In this document: in pieces, positions 25,601 through 39,014 of the stretch
How the letters are laid out: the number at the start of each line of letters is the position of its first letter
Position numbering within the stretch: the first letter of the stretch is position 1
Notes under the pieces: model-generated
The model's database searches: none
Seen by the model: only the letters and a program-made list of their open reading frames with translations
What the model was told of the DNA's origin: nothing
Assembly: GCA_026026165.1 (NCBI GenBank)
Contig: JAPEUD010000006.1
Location: forward strand, 310,001-374,000
Direction: 5' to 3'
From: Sarea resinae
Lineage: Eukaryota
Length of the DNA stretch: 64,000 nucleotides
Program-made: the position numbers and the translations under genes

Positions 25601-28600
25601 GGATTGTGAGCCGGATTGAGATGCCATGCTCTTTGACTTTGGTGTTGGGGTATCCGGGGGAGCACTTAGAGTGCTCTGCGTGAAGCCCTCTCCATCAGTA
25701 TCTTCGTCATCATAGTCCATACCGTAGGTTGTGAAGTGATCAACCGTGAAAATCCATACACCCGTCTTCCTATCGTAGCTCACAAAATGGGTATCAGTGA
25801 CAGCTTTCAGGCGCTCGACGTGTTTATCGAACTTGGCTGAGTTCTTCTCGGCTGCGGCGGAACGGCGATCTCTGCCACGCGGCCAGGAGTCCTCGATGGT
25901 GATAGTAGCTTTCTTGTTGAGCTCTTCGCCCCGAGGAGCCTTTTTCACATCTTGCGGGTAGACAGTTAGCTCTCGCTTTTCAATGGTGATGTAACCATCA
26001 CAGATCCTCTCGATTGGAACCGTTGAGAGGTCAACAGGTTCGTTAAAAGCGACCTGCCCAACGCCTTTCCGGCCAACGACTAAGCCACTGACGCTTTTGA
26101 GCTCTTGTGGAGTGAGCTTCAACAGTTCCTCTTTCGAAGGGGTCATGTAGAAGCCCTTTGGAAGGTCCGTTGCTTGTGGTGAGGCGTCATCCTCGGGAAC
26201 AATGGCCAGCTCATTTCCCCTCACCTGCTCCATCTCTGAACGACCCTTCACACCGTTCACAAAGCCATTCGTGTTGGAGCGTGTAGAAGATCTCAAAAAG
26301 CCTTGCTCCTCGGCAGTTGGGTTAGCAGTGCCGTTCTCTATTCGAAGAGGGGCGCTATCTGCAGCACCATCGACTTGTCTGGGGGAGAATCCGCTCTCGC
26401 CATTGGACTGTCCGCCAACTGTAGTAGCATCAAAGCTGACCTTTTTCTTGAGGATGCCAGACTGCTTGGACTGGTTCGCATCGGCTATCGACAGGGAATT
26501 GTTGCCAAACAGGTCGGTGCGGATGTTGCGGTCAATCGTCAGTCTCTTCAAACTGCCAGTGTTAGCATAGCGACTGCCACTTGCAGAGAAGGCCCCTGGA
26601 GCAAGGACGGAATCATCGCTGTCGAATGTATTCCGTAAGTTGCTTGTAGAGAGACTCTTTCCGAGACTCCTACCAAAGCTGCCGTATGGTCCCCGACTAG
26701 CTCCAAGCAAGCTGCTGCTGAAGCCGCCTGGTGTACTGGCATTACTCGCAACACTACTCGGTGTCCCGTAGTTGGAATATGAGAAGCCATATCCTCGTTT
26801 TTGAGGTGTGACCAGGCGCGACGAGGCGTTTGGATTGATTTTGTATTGAGGAAGAATAGCACTCTTCTTGAGTTTTTGACTGCTTGAAAGAGGAGTTGCG
26901 ATAGGGCCAATACTCTGCGAATTTGGTGTGCCGAGATTTGTGAACAGCGCCTCGTTCCCATACGGGTTCGAGACATTGATTGACGTCGACAACGACTGAG
27001 GCTGCTGAGGCTGTTGTTGGTTCACTTGGCTGTTGCTAAAAAGGCTGGAACCACCGAACAGTCCGCCACTCTGTGACTGCTGGTTTGGATTTGTGCTGGT
27101 GCCGAAGAGTGACGATCCACCTGGCTGCTGGGTGTTGTTGTTGGTGCTGGTTCCAAGACCGCCAAAGAGGCCGCCTCCAGTGTTGGCTGTCGACGTATTT
27201 GCTGGGGTGCCAAACAGTCCGCCGCCGGGTTTGGGTTGGGTACCGCCGAATAAGCCAGTGCCCTGATTTTGCTGGTTCTGCTGGTTCTGTTGATTCTGCC
27301 CGAATCCTGAGAACAAGCCCCCACCTGTGTTGGTAGTGTTCGTAGACGATGTACCTCCGAATAAGCCACCAGGTTTTTGCTGATTGTTGTTGTTGTTAGC
27401 GAATAGGCCCCCGCCAGATGGTTGATTGTTCGGAGTGGTGCCAAAGAGGCCACCGCTCTGTTGTTGGTTATTCTGGCCGCCAAATAAACCGCCACCAGTG
27501 TTTGCCGATGGTGTAGTACCAAAGAGGCCTCCGGGCTTTTGTTGATTGTTGTTATTGCCAAATCCTCCTCCAAAGGGCGAAGGAGTGCTGCCCTGATTCT
27601 GGTTCTGCTGCGGTTGACCGAACAGCCCGAATCCAGAAGAAGTACCAGAGCCCTGCTGTTGCTGTCCTGCTCCAAAGGGAGAAGACGTTGCTGCAGTACC
27701 GCCGAAGGGGGTAGCGTTGGAGGTTCCTGTTTGGCCACTACCGAACGGAGTACTGCCGCTAGTCCCAAAGCCAGTGGTTGCACCGGTGGTTGGGGTAGTG
27801 CCAAATCCGAAGGGTTTATTGGCAGTATTATTGGCGGCATTGTTACCAAACAAACCACCGCCACCGCCAGTGTTTCCTGTGCCAAACCCAGTGCTGTTTC
27901 CTGTGTTGAAGCCGGACGAACCAGAAGTACCGCCAAAGAGTCCACCACTAGGGGCAGAACTTGTGTTGGTGTTGGCACCAAAGAGTCCACCACTGGCCGG
28001 TTTGTTGCCGAACAGTCCTCCTCCAGTACTCGTGGTATTTCCAAAGCCCGTGCCTGTAGTCTGAGCACCAGCTCCGAAAGGCGAAGACGTGTTGCCGGCG
28101 GTAGAGCCGAACAAGCCTCCACTAGTATTTGCACCAGCGCCACCAAATCCACTTCCCGTAGATGTGTTGCCGAAGCCACCGAATCCGGTACTGGTCCCAA
28201 ACGCTCCAGCTTGACCACTCGCGTTACCATATCTTCGTCCTTGCGTATAGTCCGCCATCCTCAATTCCTAGAGAGTGTTTAGTACTTGACCGAGGAATCG
28301 CGGCCTCTTCAGGCTTACCTCAAAGGAGAACTTTTGGTATGGCTGCATAAAAGTGATGCTTTGAAAGTTGTTCTTGTTCCCGTTGTTTTCCGTCTCACTG
28401 AAAGCCTGGAAAGGCGTACTTCCTGTACCTTCCGCTTGGACGTTGCCGCTGCTTAGAGCAGTGCTGGGCGGGGTACCAAATGCTCCTGTTGTTGTAGCAT
28501 TGTTGGAGGATCCAAAGCCACCGGTTGCGCCGCCGCCGCCGCCAAAGAGATTGCCTGAGCTACTTCCGGTGTTGCCAAAAGCTGGTTTATTTGCGCCACC

Positions 28601-29395
28601 AAAGAGACCTCCTCCTGTGCTTGCGCCGCCGAAAGGAGATGAGGTATTCGTCGTGCTGTTATTGTTGGAGCCGAAACCCCCGAAACCTGTGGCTGCACCT
28701 GAAGTCGCAGTATTCGAGCCGAACAGTCCGCCACCACTTGAAGTTGTGTTCGTGGAACCGAATGCAGGCTTAGCACCAAAGGGCGAGGATTGTTGGTTGT
28801 TGGCACCGAAGCCTATCGAAGGAAGTTCGAGGTTAGTAAATTTTGACGTGTCGACAAAATGACAGATTGCGAGGAGATGAAGGTGATGAAGGTGATGAAC
28901 GAGCGAGCAGGTTTCAAGGACCATCAGACGTTGAATGAGTCGACAGAGGTTTAGACTGAGACAAGTCTCGACCAGAGGTCACGGCGGACGATGGCAGGAT
29001 GCCTTGCTGCCATGAAGTGTATCCACGCGGCCGCGGTCGCCGATACAAAATAAGAAACTAGACATACCCCCTCCTGAGCCGAATCCGCCAGAATTGCTTC
29101 CGAAGAGTCCGCCGCTGCCAGTATTGTTTCCACTACCGAAGCCAGTATTGGACGAACCGAAGCCTGGATGGACGATAGGATGTCGTCAGTCACTTTTCTC
29201 GCTTGACGAATGCCGGCGGGTTTGTGCTCAAGATAACAGTAGATGGTGGATGAGAAGGTGATGTATGTGAGAAAGTGTCCTACCTGTGTTGGTGGTGTTA
29301 TTGGGTGTCGAACCAAATCCACCAAATCCCGAACTTGGCTGCTGCTGATTATTGTTGTTGTTCTGGCCGAAGGATGATGAATTAAAGAACGACAT
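22601..29395 (-). CDS. NUP98: Nucleoporin Nup98-Nup96 precursor (Nup145/SonB/Nup189 family)
   Basis: ATG at 29395 (MSFFNSSSFGQ). GLFG repeats, a GLEBS motif split by an intron (FQSITFMQPYQKFSFE-ELRMADY), an autoproteolytic domain ending VWIFTVDHF|TTYG (25738-25730), intron 24925-24776, then the Nup96 domain (DFRLATL, LDWRRAFGLRLWY). Two further in-frame introns lie near 24520 and 22780. Confidence 0.95.
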
Positions 29396-31136
29396 CTTGA
29401 CGGAGAGCCCCGGCCGTCTGGGCGAGGCGGAAACTTAGAGGAATGCCGTGAGAGATGGTTGGCCCAGTACTCCCGTTGGAGCAGTCAATGCGCGATGGAG
29501 TGAACGCGCCTGGGCGAAGAGACTGGCGCGATGCGAAGATGGGATCTGCTTGTCACTTCACGCCACGGATTGAGGAGGAGAGCGTCTGCTCCAGCGTTGA
29601 ATCCGATGCTCAGCGGCGGAGCAATGGAAGGCCCTCGGGGGGTTCACAAGGCGAAAAGAGTCGACGCGTCCCAAGAGGAAGGCGATGGGGTGCAGAGGTC
29701 GTCGATGAGTGTGTACCGGTGCAGCTCTGATATACGTGAACGGAGTGTGGCTAGCAAAAGGAAGGAGGTTCGAGTTGGCGGATGACTAAGCCAATCACTC
29801 TCCCAATACTCGTACTTGCCCTGTGTTGTCAACCGAGAAGGATTTGCCGACGATGGACACCTGAGGATACCTGAGAATACCTTGTCTCTCGCGGCTGCCT
29901 AGCAGCAATGCCCGGTACTGACAAGTCCTCTCTGTCTCTGATTGGATCCGAGGAGTCGATGGGCTTTTATGAGGGGACAGACTTCAGGGTCGGGAACGAC
30001 GCAAAGTGTCACGTGCAGCAGAACTTCCAATGGCGTAGCATCGTGTTGTGCCAGGCAGACGGAGAGATGATCGAGAGCGGTCCATGGTGCAGTCGGTGAT
30101 GCGTGGCTGACTGATGCCTTCGCTACTCCGTACGTACCCGACATACGTAGGACGGTGGGTTGGTACTTCGTGGACATGATCTCGTTGCGGAAACATCATC
30201 AAGTCTTCGACTCTTCGAGGATCAATAGTAGATCACGAGGTCAACAAACGAGAGGGATGTCCGTGGATGTATCCAGAGTAGGTCTTCTGTGGGATTTGCG
30301 CTATGGACAATACCTTGCTCTACATCTGAAGACGCCACGTGAGATCCATCAGTGCTTCTCAGCCTGGTCCCGATTCCCGGCGGTTATTCTTTGGCGAGAG
30401 AATCATCCAAACAAAGGAACGACGATCAACAAAGAGCCAAAGTCGGATTGAGAATGTCGAAGCCACCACGACATTGACATGGATCAGAATCATCATTATT
30501 ATATAGATAGTTCCATCCATTCTCGTACTCTCAGTCACCCTTTTCGTTCGTCAATCGATTTCCGTGTAATCTGATCTTGTCCCCGTCACCGAGTCCATCC
30601 CCCGTCGCTTCGTATATCACGACCTCGTCAAATCCTTCGGCCCAATCACACGCAACCATCAACACGAAAGATCGCGAACCGCCGTAACGCGTGCCAGAGC
30701 AATTCAGACCAGACCAAACCACATCGATTCCCAGGACACCAGAGTTCAAGTTGATAGCCTGGCTTGCGGCTCAGGAGCTCCAAATCCTACCAGCCGCCAA
30801 TTTGGGCACCATCAGAGAAGAACCGAATCAATTGACCAATGCGCCCATGAGAGAGAATCATCACAATACACGACTTCTCCAACAAGCACCTCGACTCGAT
30901 AGATGCGCATGCGCCGACGCTGACTTACTGCCGTGCTGCCGCGATCCGGACCCCTCCATCGAATCTATTTCTCGTACTCGAGTTCGCCTCATCCACCGTG
31001 GATGATCTTTCCGGTCTGTTTGACTAGCATCACACAACACCCCCAGCAAGAGCTCTTCAACAACGACCCACAGCCCCGAGCGCAACCTCTTCTCCCACCC
31101 CAGCGCTTCCTCTTCACCACCACTACCACCCGTCCA

Positions 31137-32036
31137 ATGGCGTCATCCTCGGCGCACACGTCCTACCCGCCCCGACCCTACGGCTCCTCACTCAGCAAGC
31201 TCCCCGATCGAACAGCAGGCCAACCAGGGTTCGGCACGAGCTCCGCAAACGCTTCACAGGCCGCCGCGCGCGAAGCGCAGCGCCTCGAACGAGAGCGACT
31301 CGAGAGGGAGGGGCGAGAAGGACTGGCACAATTGAGCGAGGAGCAGCGGGAAGAGATAAATGAAGCTGTGAGTCCCTTTGGCTCCCGTTCCTGTGTACAA
31401 TCTCGGACTCTATGCTCTACAACCTGTGCACGCCATGGAACCTCACGGACACACACACACATATACGATCGTTCTCCAATCATCCAATATCACGAACACG
31501 GTCCTTTTCGCTTTTACTGACTTCTGCCGTGTCGGCTCCAAACACAGTTCTCCCTCTTCGACCTCGACAAAGACTCCCTAATCGACTACCACGAGCTCAA
31601 AGTCGCCATGAAAGCGCTCGGCTTCGACCTGCCCAAACACGAGCTCCTCTCGCTCCTAACCACGCACGGCGTGCCCTCGTCGCCACCGCCAACCTCCACC
31701 CACGGCGGCGCCCCCCCCACGAGCCGGCCCCAGCAGAAACACACGACGCAAGCCGCGCCCCCGCCGACCCGCCTCCTGCTCCCGCTCTCGACCTTCCAAT
31801 GCCTCATGGCCGTGCGCATCCTCGCGCGCGACCCGCGCGACGAGATCCTCCGCGCCTTCGAGCTCTTCGACGAGGGCGGCAAGGGCAAAATCACCGTCGA
31901 CGACCTGCGGCGCGTCGCGCGCGAGCTGGGCGAGGGCCTCGAGGAGGACGAGCTGGTCGCCATGGTCGAGGAGTTCGACCTCGATGGCGACGGCGGCATC
32001 TCGCGCGATGAGTTTCTGGGTATTTGTCTGCAATAG
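31137..32036 (+). CDS. CDC31: Centrin (spindle pole body EF-hand protein)
   Basis: Exon 1 31137-31367, intron 31368-31547 (GTGAGT...CTGAC...CAG), exon 2 31548-32036. Spliced product: [39 protein letters not shown]...RDPRDEILRAFELFDEGGKGKI...LRRVARELGE...AMVEEFDLDGDGGISRDEF. Confidence 0.93.
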
Positions 32037-32178
32037 TCTGCGCGTGCGTGCGTGTGGTTTGCGCTCCGGTTTTTGGGGAGGGTACCCGGTCCGTGGTCTG
32101 CCTGGTGCCTGAGAACCACCGACAGGAGAGCCAGATATGGGGCGGCAGGTAGCACCACGCCAACCTAAGAGGTCGGTT

Positions 32179-32219
32179 GAACGAGAACGAGAACGAGAAC
32201 GAGAACGAGAACGAGAACG
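32179..32219. repeat. (GAACGA)n hexanucleotide microsatellite in the centrin 3' region
   Basis: Six full units plus one partial unit are directly visible. Confidence 0.95.
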
Positions 32220-32796
32220 TTGCATGAATGGCGTTGCGAGACAGACGACCTTGCCAGTTTGGGGTTGGGGGCTTTGTTGTAGTTTCATTTTTTTTCCTCG
32301 TGTGTTTTTGGGTGTGCCGCGCTTTAGGGAAAAGACTTGGGGTTGGGGAAAACAGGGTTGGCCTTTGGTTTACATATATCTCTGTCACTGCTTTCGTTTT
32401 TTTTCTCGTCGAGGGGCTTTGGGCTGTGGAATGAAGAGAGAGAGCAAGAGAGAGAGAGGGGCTGCATTGATTTTTTCCTCGGTTTGATTATTACACGGGG
32501 TTTTCTGGACCGGACCTGACTTGAGATGACTTGACTTGACTTGTAATCACCGGAAAAAGAGAGAGGGATGCTTAAAAGAAGATGCCTCGACGGGGTGTAA
32601 GATCACGGACAGGTACCGTTCAATCAATCAAATCAAGCGTACGAGAGATACGGTAGTCTAGAAGTTCAGAATTTCCACGGCTCGTTTTGAGAATATACAC
32701 ACAGTTTTTCCAAGGACGACGGGATGGCCAGTAAAAAGAGGTAGGTACAAGAGATAAAATTCGATAGGTGTCAAGACGCTACTCAATACAATCAAT

Positions 32797-34563
32797 CTAC
32801 TGCCCCGGAGCAATAAGCTTGCCCTGCTTCCCGGCATCGTGCGCCCAGCCGCCAGCAAGAGGCTCACCACCATGCGACTCGGCGTAGCCCTTGATGCGGG
32901 CCTCGAGCTCGGGTCGGAAATGTCGGATCAGACCCTGCAACGGCCATGCGAAAGCCTCTCCGAGAGCTGCCGGAACCAAAATCAGTACAGGAACCATTTT
33001 CAAAAGATGAGTGAACACTTACCGCAAATGGTGTGACCTTCCACCTGCTTGGTCAACTCCTGCAACATATCAATCTCTCTCGAGCGAGCCTGGCCCTTCT
33101 CGAATCGCTGCATGATCTGGTCCGTCCAGGCGCTGCCCTCTCGGCATGGCGTGCACTGACCGCAACTCTCATGGTGATAGAACTTGCTCAATCGAGCAAT
33201 AGCCCTGACGACATCGGTGCTCTTGTCCATGACGATGACAGCGGCGGTACCAAGACCAGACTGGCTGTCCTTGAGCGCATCAAAGTCCATGAGCTGGTCG
33301 TCGCACATCGTCTTCGGTAAAATCGGTGTGGATGAACCACCAGGAATGATGGCCAGCAGGTTGTCCCAGCCGCCTCGAACACCACCGCAGTGCTTTTCGA
33401 TGAGTTCTCGAAGCGGAATACTCATTTCTTCTTCCACGGTGCAAGGGTTGTTGACGTGGCCAGAGATACAGAAGAGCTTCGTTCCAGAGTTGCGTTCGCG
33501 ACCAAAGGAGTTGAACCAACTGCCACCGCGGCGGAGAATGGTGGGGGCGACGGCGATGGTTTCGACATTGGCGACAGTGGACGGGCAGCCAAAAACACCA
33601 ACCGAGGCGGGAAACGGAGGCTTTAGACGAGGCTTGCCAGGCTTGCCCTCGAGTGATTCGATCAAGGATGTTTCCTCACCACAGACGTAGGCCTAAAAGG
33701 TTAGCTTTCGCAAAGAGTACGGTAGTCATCGGGCTGTACATACTCCCATGCCGCGGTGGATGTAGACATCAAAGTCGTATCCACTGCCGCAGGCGTTCTT
33801 TCCAATGAGACCGTCCTTGTATGCTTCCTGAATCGCTCGCTGTAGGACAGTGGCCTCGTGATAGAATTCGCCACGGATGTAGATATATGCAGCCGAGCAG
33901 TTCATCGCTCGTCCGGCAACCAGACAGCCTTCGATAAGCTTGTGCGGGTCCTTGCGCATAATCTCTCTGTCCTTGCAAGTACCAGGCTCACCCTCATCGG
34001 CATTGACGACGAGGTAGCGGGGCTTGGTATCCTTGTCCCAGTCCTTGAAGTTCATAAAAGACTGATATTGTCAGCGTCTAGCCGTCACGAAGAGGGACTT
34101 GAGCACTTACCCATTTCATACCGGAGGGGAAACCGGCACCTCCACGACCTCTGAGACCTGAAGCCTTGATCTCCGAGATGATCTATTGACAAAAACACGT
34201 TAATAGTGATCTATGTTCCTCCATTCGCCGCCGTTGCTGTAGACTCTTCCGCGGCAGGACTAAGGTACTTACCCAATCGTGGCCCTTGAGTATAATCTCC
34301 TTCGTCTTGTACCAATCGCCATACTTCTTGGCGCTTTGAAGGTCGGCGCCATGATGGCCATAGAGATTCTGAAAGATACGGTCCTCATCCTTGAGGCCTC
34401 CGAAGTGCGTCCGTTTCGGGGTGCCTTCTTGCACGGTAGCAAAGGACCGTGTGGACGGACGGGAGGCCACCAATTGGGCTGAACAGACGCGCGGGGCGGA
34501 GGGCAGCACTCGATGCGATAGGGTGCTAAGCACCTGTGGCGATGGTGCGTTTCGGGAAATCAT
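32797..34563 (-). CDS. NUO51: NADH:ubiquinone oxidoreductase 51 kDa flavoprotein subunit (complex I; NDUFV1/NuoF orthologue)
   Basis: Arg/Ser-rich presequence (MISRNAPSP...TRSFAT), [54 protein letters not shown], and the Fe-S motifs [13 protein letters not shown] and EGHTIC-ALGEA. Four GT-AG introns. Confidence 0.97.
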
Positions 34564-35649
34564 CTCGACGGTTGGCCTTGGAGGTGAAGTGGCGGCCTCG
34601 TGCGGATGAAGATGAAGTTGAAGGGTATCTGGAGTTGGAGTCGCCTTACCTAATCGATGTGATGATGATCGAGACGGATGAAAGGTAGTACGGGCGACTT
34701 GCAATGCCGCCTCTCTGATTGGCTGTCGCCACACTCCGCAAATCTTCGCTACCGTACCATGTAAAGTGTCGAATAGAGAACGTCACCCCGAAAATATATG
34801 CAGATTACCTATTCAAGCGCCAAACACCTCCTTTCCATAGCGGATCCAATATCCTATTTTTGAGTATTCGAGGCTGCGGTGGAGAACTGTAGAGTCTTTT
34901 TGATACTGCTATTTCCCTTGTCGAGCTACTATGTGTACTCGTTGTCTCCACTATCCGTCTGTCTTGCTTCCTGTCTTTGCCATCTCTCCTATGCCATCCC
35001 TGATTGAAAACTACTTTCTTGCAGTTGCCTCCTGCCAATAGTCTAGAAGAGAAGACTCTTTCACTCACTTTGAACCGCCGTCCATGAACATCCAAGCGTT
35101 GGTTTGATTTTCTAAAGATGGCACTGTTTTCTAGATCCTCCCCATCACTCTCTCCCTTCTTCCGAAGAACGGACACATCTGATATATCGTTTCCCCTCCT
35201 TATTGTTCTGATCCGAAAAGCTCAGAAACAGCACATGCAGATTCTTTTCAAAAACACTCCCCTCCAACTTCTGCAATACACCCATGCATGCAACTCCGTG
35301 ATGTGCACTTCATGTCCATCGCCGCCCTCCCCCCAGCCCTGGCCGACGCATCTATAATCCGTCATCAGCTGAATCCACAAAAGTAATGCCTGTGTGAAGG
35401 GGATGAGTAGGAGTGCAGTAAGGAGATGGCACACCCTCGCACACCGGTGAACAAGCACGATAGCCACACGTCCTAAAGGGGTCAGATCCAGCTTTCTCGG
35501 CGTGGCTCGGCGTGGCTCGGCGACGAGCAGTGAACGGGCATAAGTATACGCTTCTGGGTTCTTTCTTCTTCCTCATCATCTCCGTTTTGCTATCACCAGC
35601 ATCATCGCTCATCCGTCTTCCCAAACGTCCTCCCGTCGCATCATAAGAG

Positions 35650-37473
35650 ATGGATGCCTCAACCCCCCCTCAAGCGCAAGACGATTACCCCGTCGCCTTC
35701 AAGCATTCCCCCGGTCATCGCGCCGTGTTTCCCCCTCCTCCTTCTCGGAGTCCCTCTCCAGTGCGCGAGCGGAAAGCGGAGCCAGATCGCCCGACGGGAT
35801 CAAGGTTTGAGCAAATGACACGAGTTTCGATGGGCCTCGACCCGTATATCCCTATCGGTGGCAATCCCATTTTCAGCAAGACGGCTTCATACAATGACCC
35901 CGACTTTTTCAAACCCTTGATTCACTATGATGCTGACGGACATGAAATTCCGATGCATTATCGGGAGCGCGGAGAGAACGCAGCCGTTCCTGGCAGTACT
36001 CCGGCCGCCACCCTGACCGGCGTCACTGAATCCAAGGAGGAGACAAATGCCAAAGACCACAACGCCCGCGGCAATTCTTCCCAGGAAGACTTCGACCCGA
36101 ATTTGGATCCTCGTCTCAGAGGCATCCAAGCTTGGGCAGGTTCCGGAACTCCACCGCACCACCACAGTCAGCCAGCCCGCAAAGCCGAATCCGAGCCTAC
36201 CCCAACGTTTGACTATCAGACCATCAAGACCCCAGAAGAGATGGCACCTCCGCGCTCCGGGCCGCCGGATATTAACGAGGTCAAGCATCAAGAGACCCTG
36301 TTCCGGCTCTCAATGGCCGTCGAATCCGTACTGCTCACATTCGGAGACCGGATGGTTGATATACACGGTGAAGCCAGCCGCTATTCGAAGAGGAGAATCC
36401 TGGACGTGGTCAATAACCTGAGGAATGACATCGATGACTTGATCATAGCGGTGGAGAAGTGGGCGGAACCCGGCCAGGTCGTAGACCAGCGCGGCGAACA
36501 AATTGGTGAGTGCTCTGTTTCGTCTTCCCTCTCACCCTTGACCTTTCCCTCTTTAAGTACTTTGCGTCTTTATCTCACTTTACTTTTCCTTCCCTACTTT
36601 TCCTATTTACTTTTCTTTCTCGCTTCTATTCCACCGCTCCCCATCATCTATCCAATTAGTCTCATCTATCTCAAATGATTCCCCGTCCCAAAGAAATATC
36701 AAAGCAGAAAATGAGATATGAGAGGCAAGAAGAACCCCAGAATAACAAACAATCCAACGACAGACGAGGTCCTCGCCAACCCGCAGCGAACACGCTCAGC
36801 CAAGCTGTCCCTGATCCGCCACATGCTGCGCCATCTTCCAGCCCTCCCCCCGCATTACGTCCACTCATTCGCCACAATGAGCACGGCGCTCGACCCCATT
36901 GCCAAGGATATAGCCACCTGGGCACAGGTCGCCCACTCCGTCGTCACCGAGCGCAATCGCGTCGTCGTCTACGGCCCGGTTCGACCGCCCCATGGTCCCG
37001 CTTCCGCCGCAGCCGCCGAAGAAGCCGCCGACAAGCACAAGACCGAAGAGGACGCCAAGATCCCCGCCAAGCTTTCGCACCCGTTCGATAGGCCCAAGAC
37101 CCCGCAGCCGCTGGAGCTGCCGCATTGGAAGTACACATTCCGCCACTACGAACCTAATCTCAAGGTCTTGACTCCAGCCGAGATCAGCTTCTTCGAGCAT
37201 GTCAGTGAAGTCCTGACGGCGTTGGATACTGAAACCAATACGTTGGCAGAGCTAATCAAGGAGGAAGGGCTGAGGGTCAAGCGTGGAGCTAGGGCCATCA
37301 AGAATTGGGAGGCCTGGTGCGAACGGGTCTGGAGGGAGCAGGAGCTGAGTAATCTGACGCGTGAGTACGAGGGTTTGGGCGGTGGAGATGGGCAGAGTGA
37401 TGGACAGACTCATGGTGCTGAGGGACGTGGGGGTGGGCAGAGCGAGGAAGGCGGAATGAGTCTAAAGAACTGA
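35650..37473 (+). CDS. Hypothetical protein (~521 aa, two exons, no recognised domain)
   Basis: Exon 1 35650-36505, intron 36506-36763 (GTGAGT...pyrimidine-rich...CAG), exon 2 36764-37473. The junction is in frame (EQI-D-EVLANP) and codon usage is biased to C/G in third positions. Confidence 0.65.
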
Positions 37474-38130
37474 CTTTGAGAGATGGATGATGAATGGATT
37501 TGTGGGATGTGAGGGATGGACTTTACGGACGGACGATATGCTCGGTCGTATTCCCCATGTTTCATGATTTTCATCTTATCCTTTTTAGTCTCCGGTTTCT
37601 TTCTTGCATTTTCTTGTGCGTCCAGCGGACCGACGGTATGCCGGATGGATGCTCTCCGCCAAAGTCATGACAGACCCGCGATATGCGGAGTCGGATTCTT
37701 CCAAATTTTCAATTATTCGATCGACTAAGATAACGAACGAAATACTTGTTTGCTTCTGCTTCACTATTCCCAGGTAGCATCGTCGTAAGGCATGCAAATA
37801 AATATGCTGAACGGAGAGGGTCGCCAACAGATTCGACTTATGAGTATGGACGGGCCATTCTAAATAGCCTACGAGGTATGAAATGATTAAAGAGAATATA
37901 GGAGCAAGCGCTTGGATGCCTCTTGAATAATTGAAACTACACAGCTTCAAGCGAATCAGCTAATATAGTGAACGCAACGTATACCAGGGATGCGATCCAC
38001 CTGATATATCTTTCTGAGCGAGCTTTAGAGAAGTTTTGAAGCACCAGTTCATTTGTTATTAAGAAATATGACACGCTTGTTGGCAACGAAAGCTAATGAT
38101 GCTTGACATATTTATCATGAAAAGCTCCCT

Positions 38131-39014
38131 TTAATTTCCCTTTTTTGCATCCTCTTCGTCATTTTTTGGAACACTAACTATCTTCGGCACGGTCACCGAG
38201 TTCAAGTTGCGGAAGATCTATACACTCGTCAGCAAACGCATTCATTCTGTAACTTCCGCAGCTGGTGTGTATCTCGATGGGCAAGCAGATAGGCCACACA
38301 CCTCCCACCCTTTCGTCCACCAGACGAAACTCCAGAGCCAGAAGCCCCACGCAAATGCATAGTTGAAGTACCATGAGGGGCTCATCAGTTGTTGTACACT
38401 CACGTTTTGGAAAGCATTGTCCGGAAGTTTTCCGTTCCATTTGTCCTCAACTTTGGTGATCTTCCCCATGGAGTCGTAGAATATGTTGACTTTACTGTCA
38501 ATAACCTTCTCTGTGCCCAGCCCCTTGACCTTGTAACGGGTCTTCAGATCCATTGCGATAGGGTTGCCGGCATTCGTAACTTCATGATGTAGGCGCTCAA
38601 TTTCGGAGAAAGCTGTCTGGAGTCCGTACTGAACGTAGGACCGTCAATCACAGCCCCATGGGTTCACAGGATGAACAGGGCCTTACCCATTGTGGCTCAT
38701 ATTGCTTACGACCTTGTGCATTGGTTATCGGATCCTCGAATGTGGCGTTGTCGTCCCACAGGCTCAGCTTCTTCAAAGATGGCCTTCCAGCGAAAAGCTA
38801 CGGAGATGTCAGTGCGCAAATTAATCGCAGATGCAGAAGATCGGACTTACATCCAGAATACTGCCAACAAGCAATTTCTGGTGGTCATCGAGCTCCACAC
38901 CGGGAGATGTCTTGATGTTTGTGTTCTCAATCGCCACTGCTGCCTCATGAGGTCCTCCTAGAGAAATTAAAAAGGGTTTCAAAGCCAGATGGATCAATTA
39001 TTACCGGTAGACAT
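38131..39014 (-). CDS. Small NTF2/SnoaL-like fold protein (multi-exon)
   Basis: Spliced product: MSTGGPHEAAVAIENTNIKTSPGVELDDHQKLLVGSILD-LFAGRPSLKKLSLWDDNATFEDPITNAQGRKQYEPQW-YGLQTAFSEIERLHHEVTNAGNPIAMDLKTRYKVKGLGTEKVIDSKVNI...GKITKVEDKWNG...FQN-IFRNLNSVTVPKIVSVPKNDEEDAKKGN*. The 'A.FEDP...GR' and 'GKI..VEDKW' motifs are typical of NTF2-like proteins. Confidence 0.8.

Noticed and set aside
27022..28282. 402-aa and 247-aa alternative-frame or antisense ORFs within NUP98
   Set aside because: Expected by-products of stop-poor GLFG repeat codons, with no recognisable domain.
28815..29067. Long second intron of NUP98 as a possible snoRNA host
   Set aside because: A CTGA is present but there is no convincing box C (RTGATGA) or terminal stem.
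31670..31790. Pro-rich insertion replacing EF-hand 2 in centrin
   Set aside because: To my knowledge a common feature of filamentous ascomycete centrins, so not specific to this locus.
35340..35405. GTAATGCCTGTGTGAAGGGGA resembles the 3' half of a TPP riboswitch
   Set aside because: The conserved CTGAGA and TGATC elements are missing and there is no thiamine gene nearby.
34805..35624. Minus-strand ORF fragments as a possible degenerate transposon or pseudogene
   Set aside because: No recognisable transposase or RT motif, and no terminal repeats or target-site duplication.
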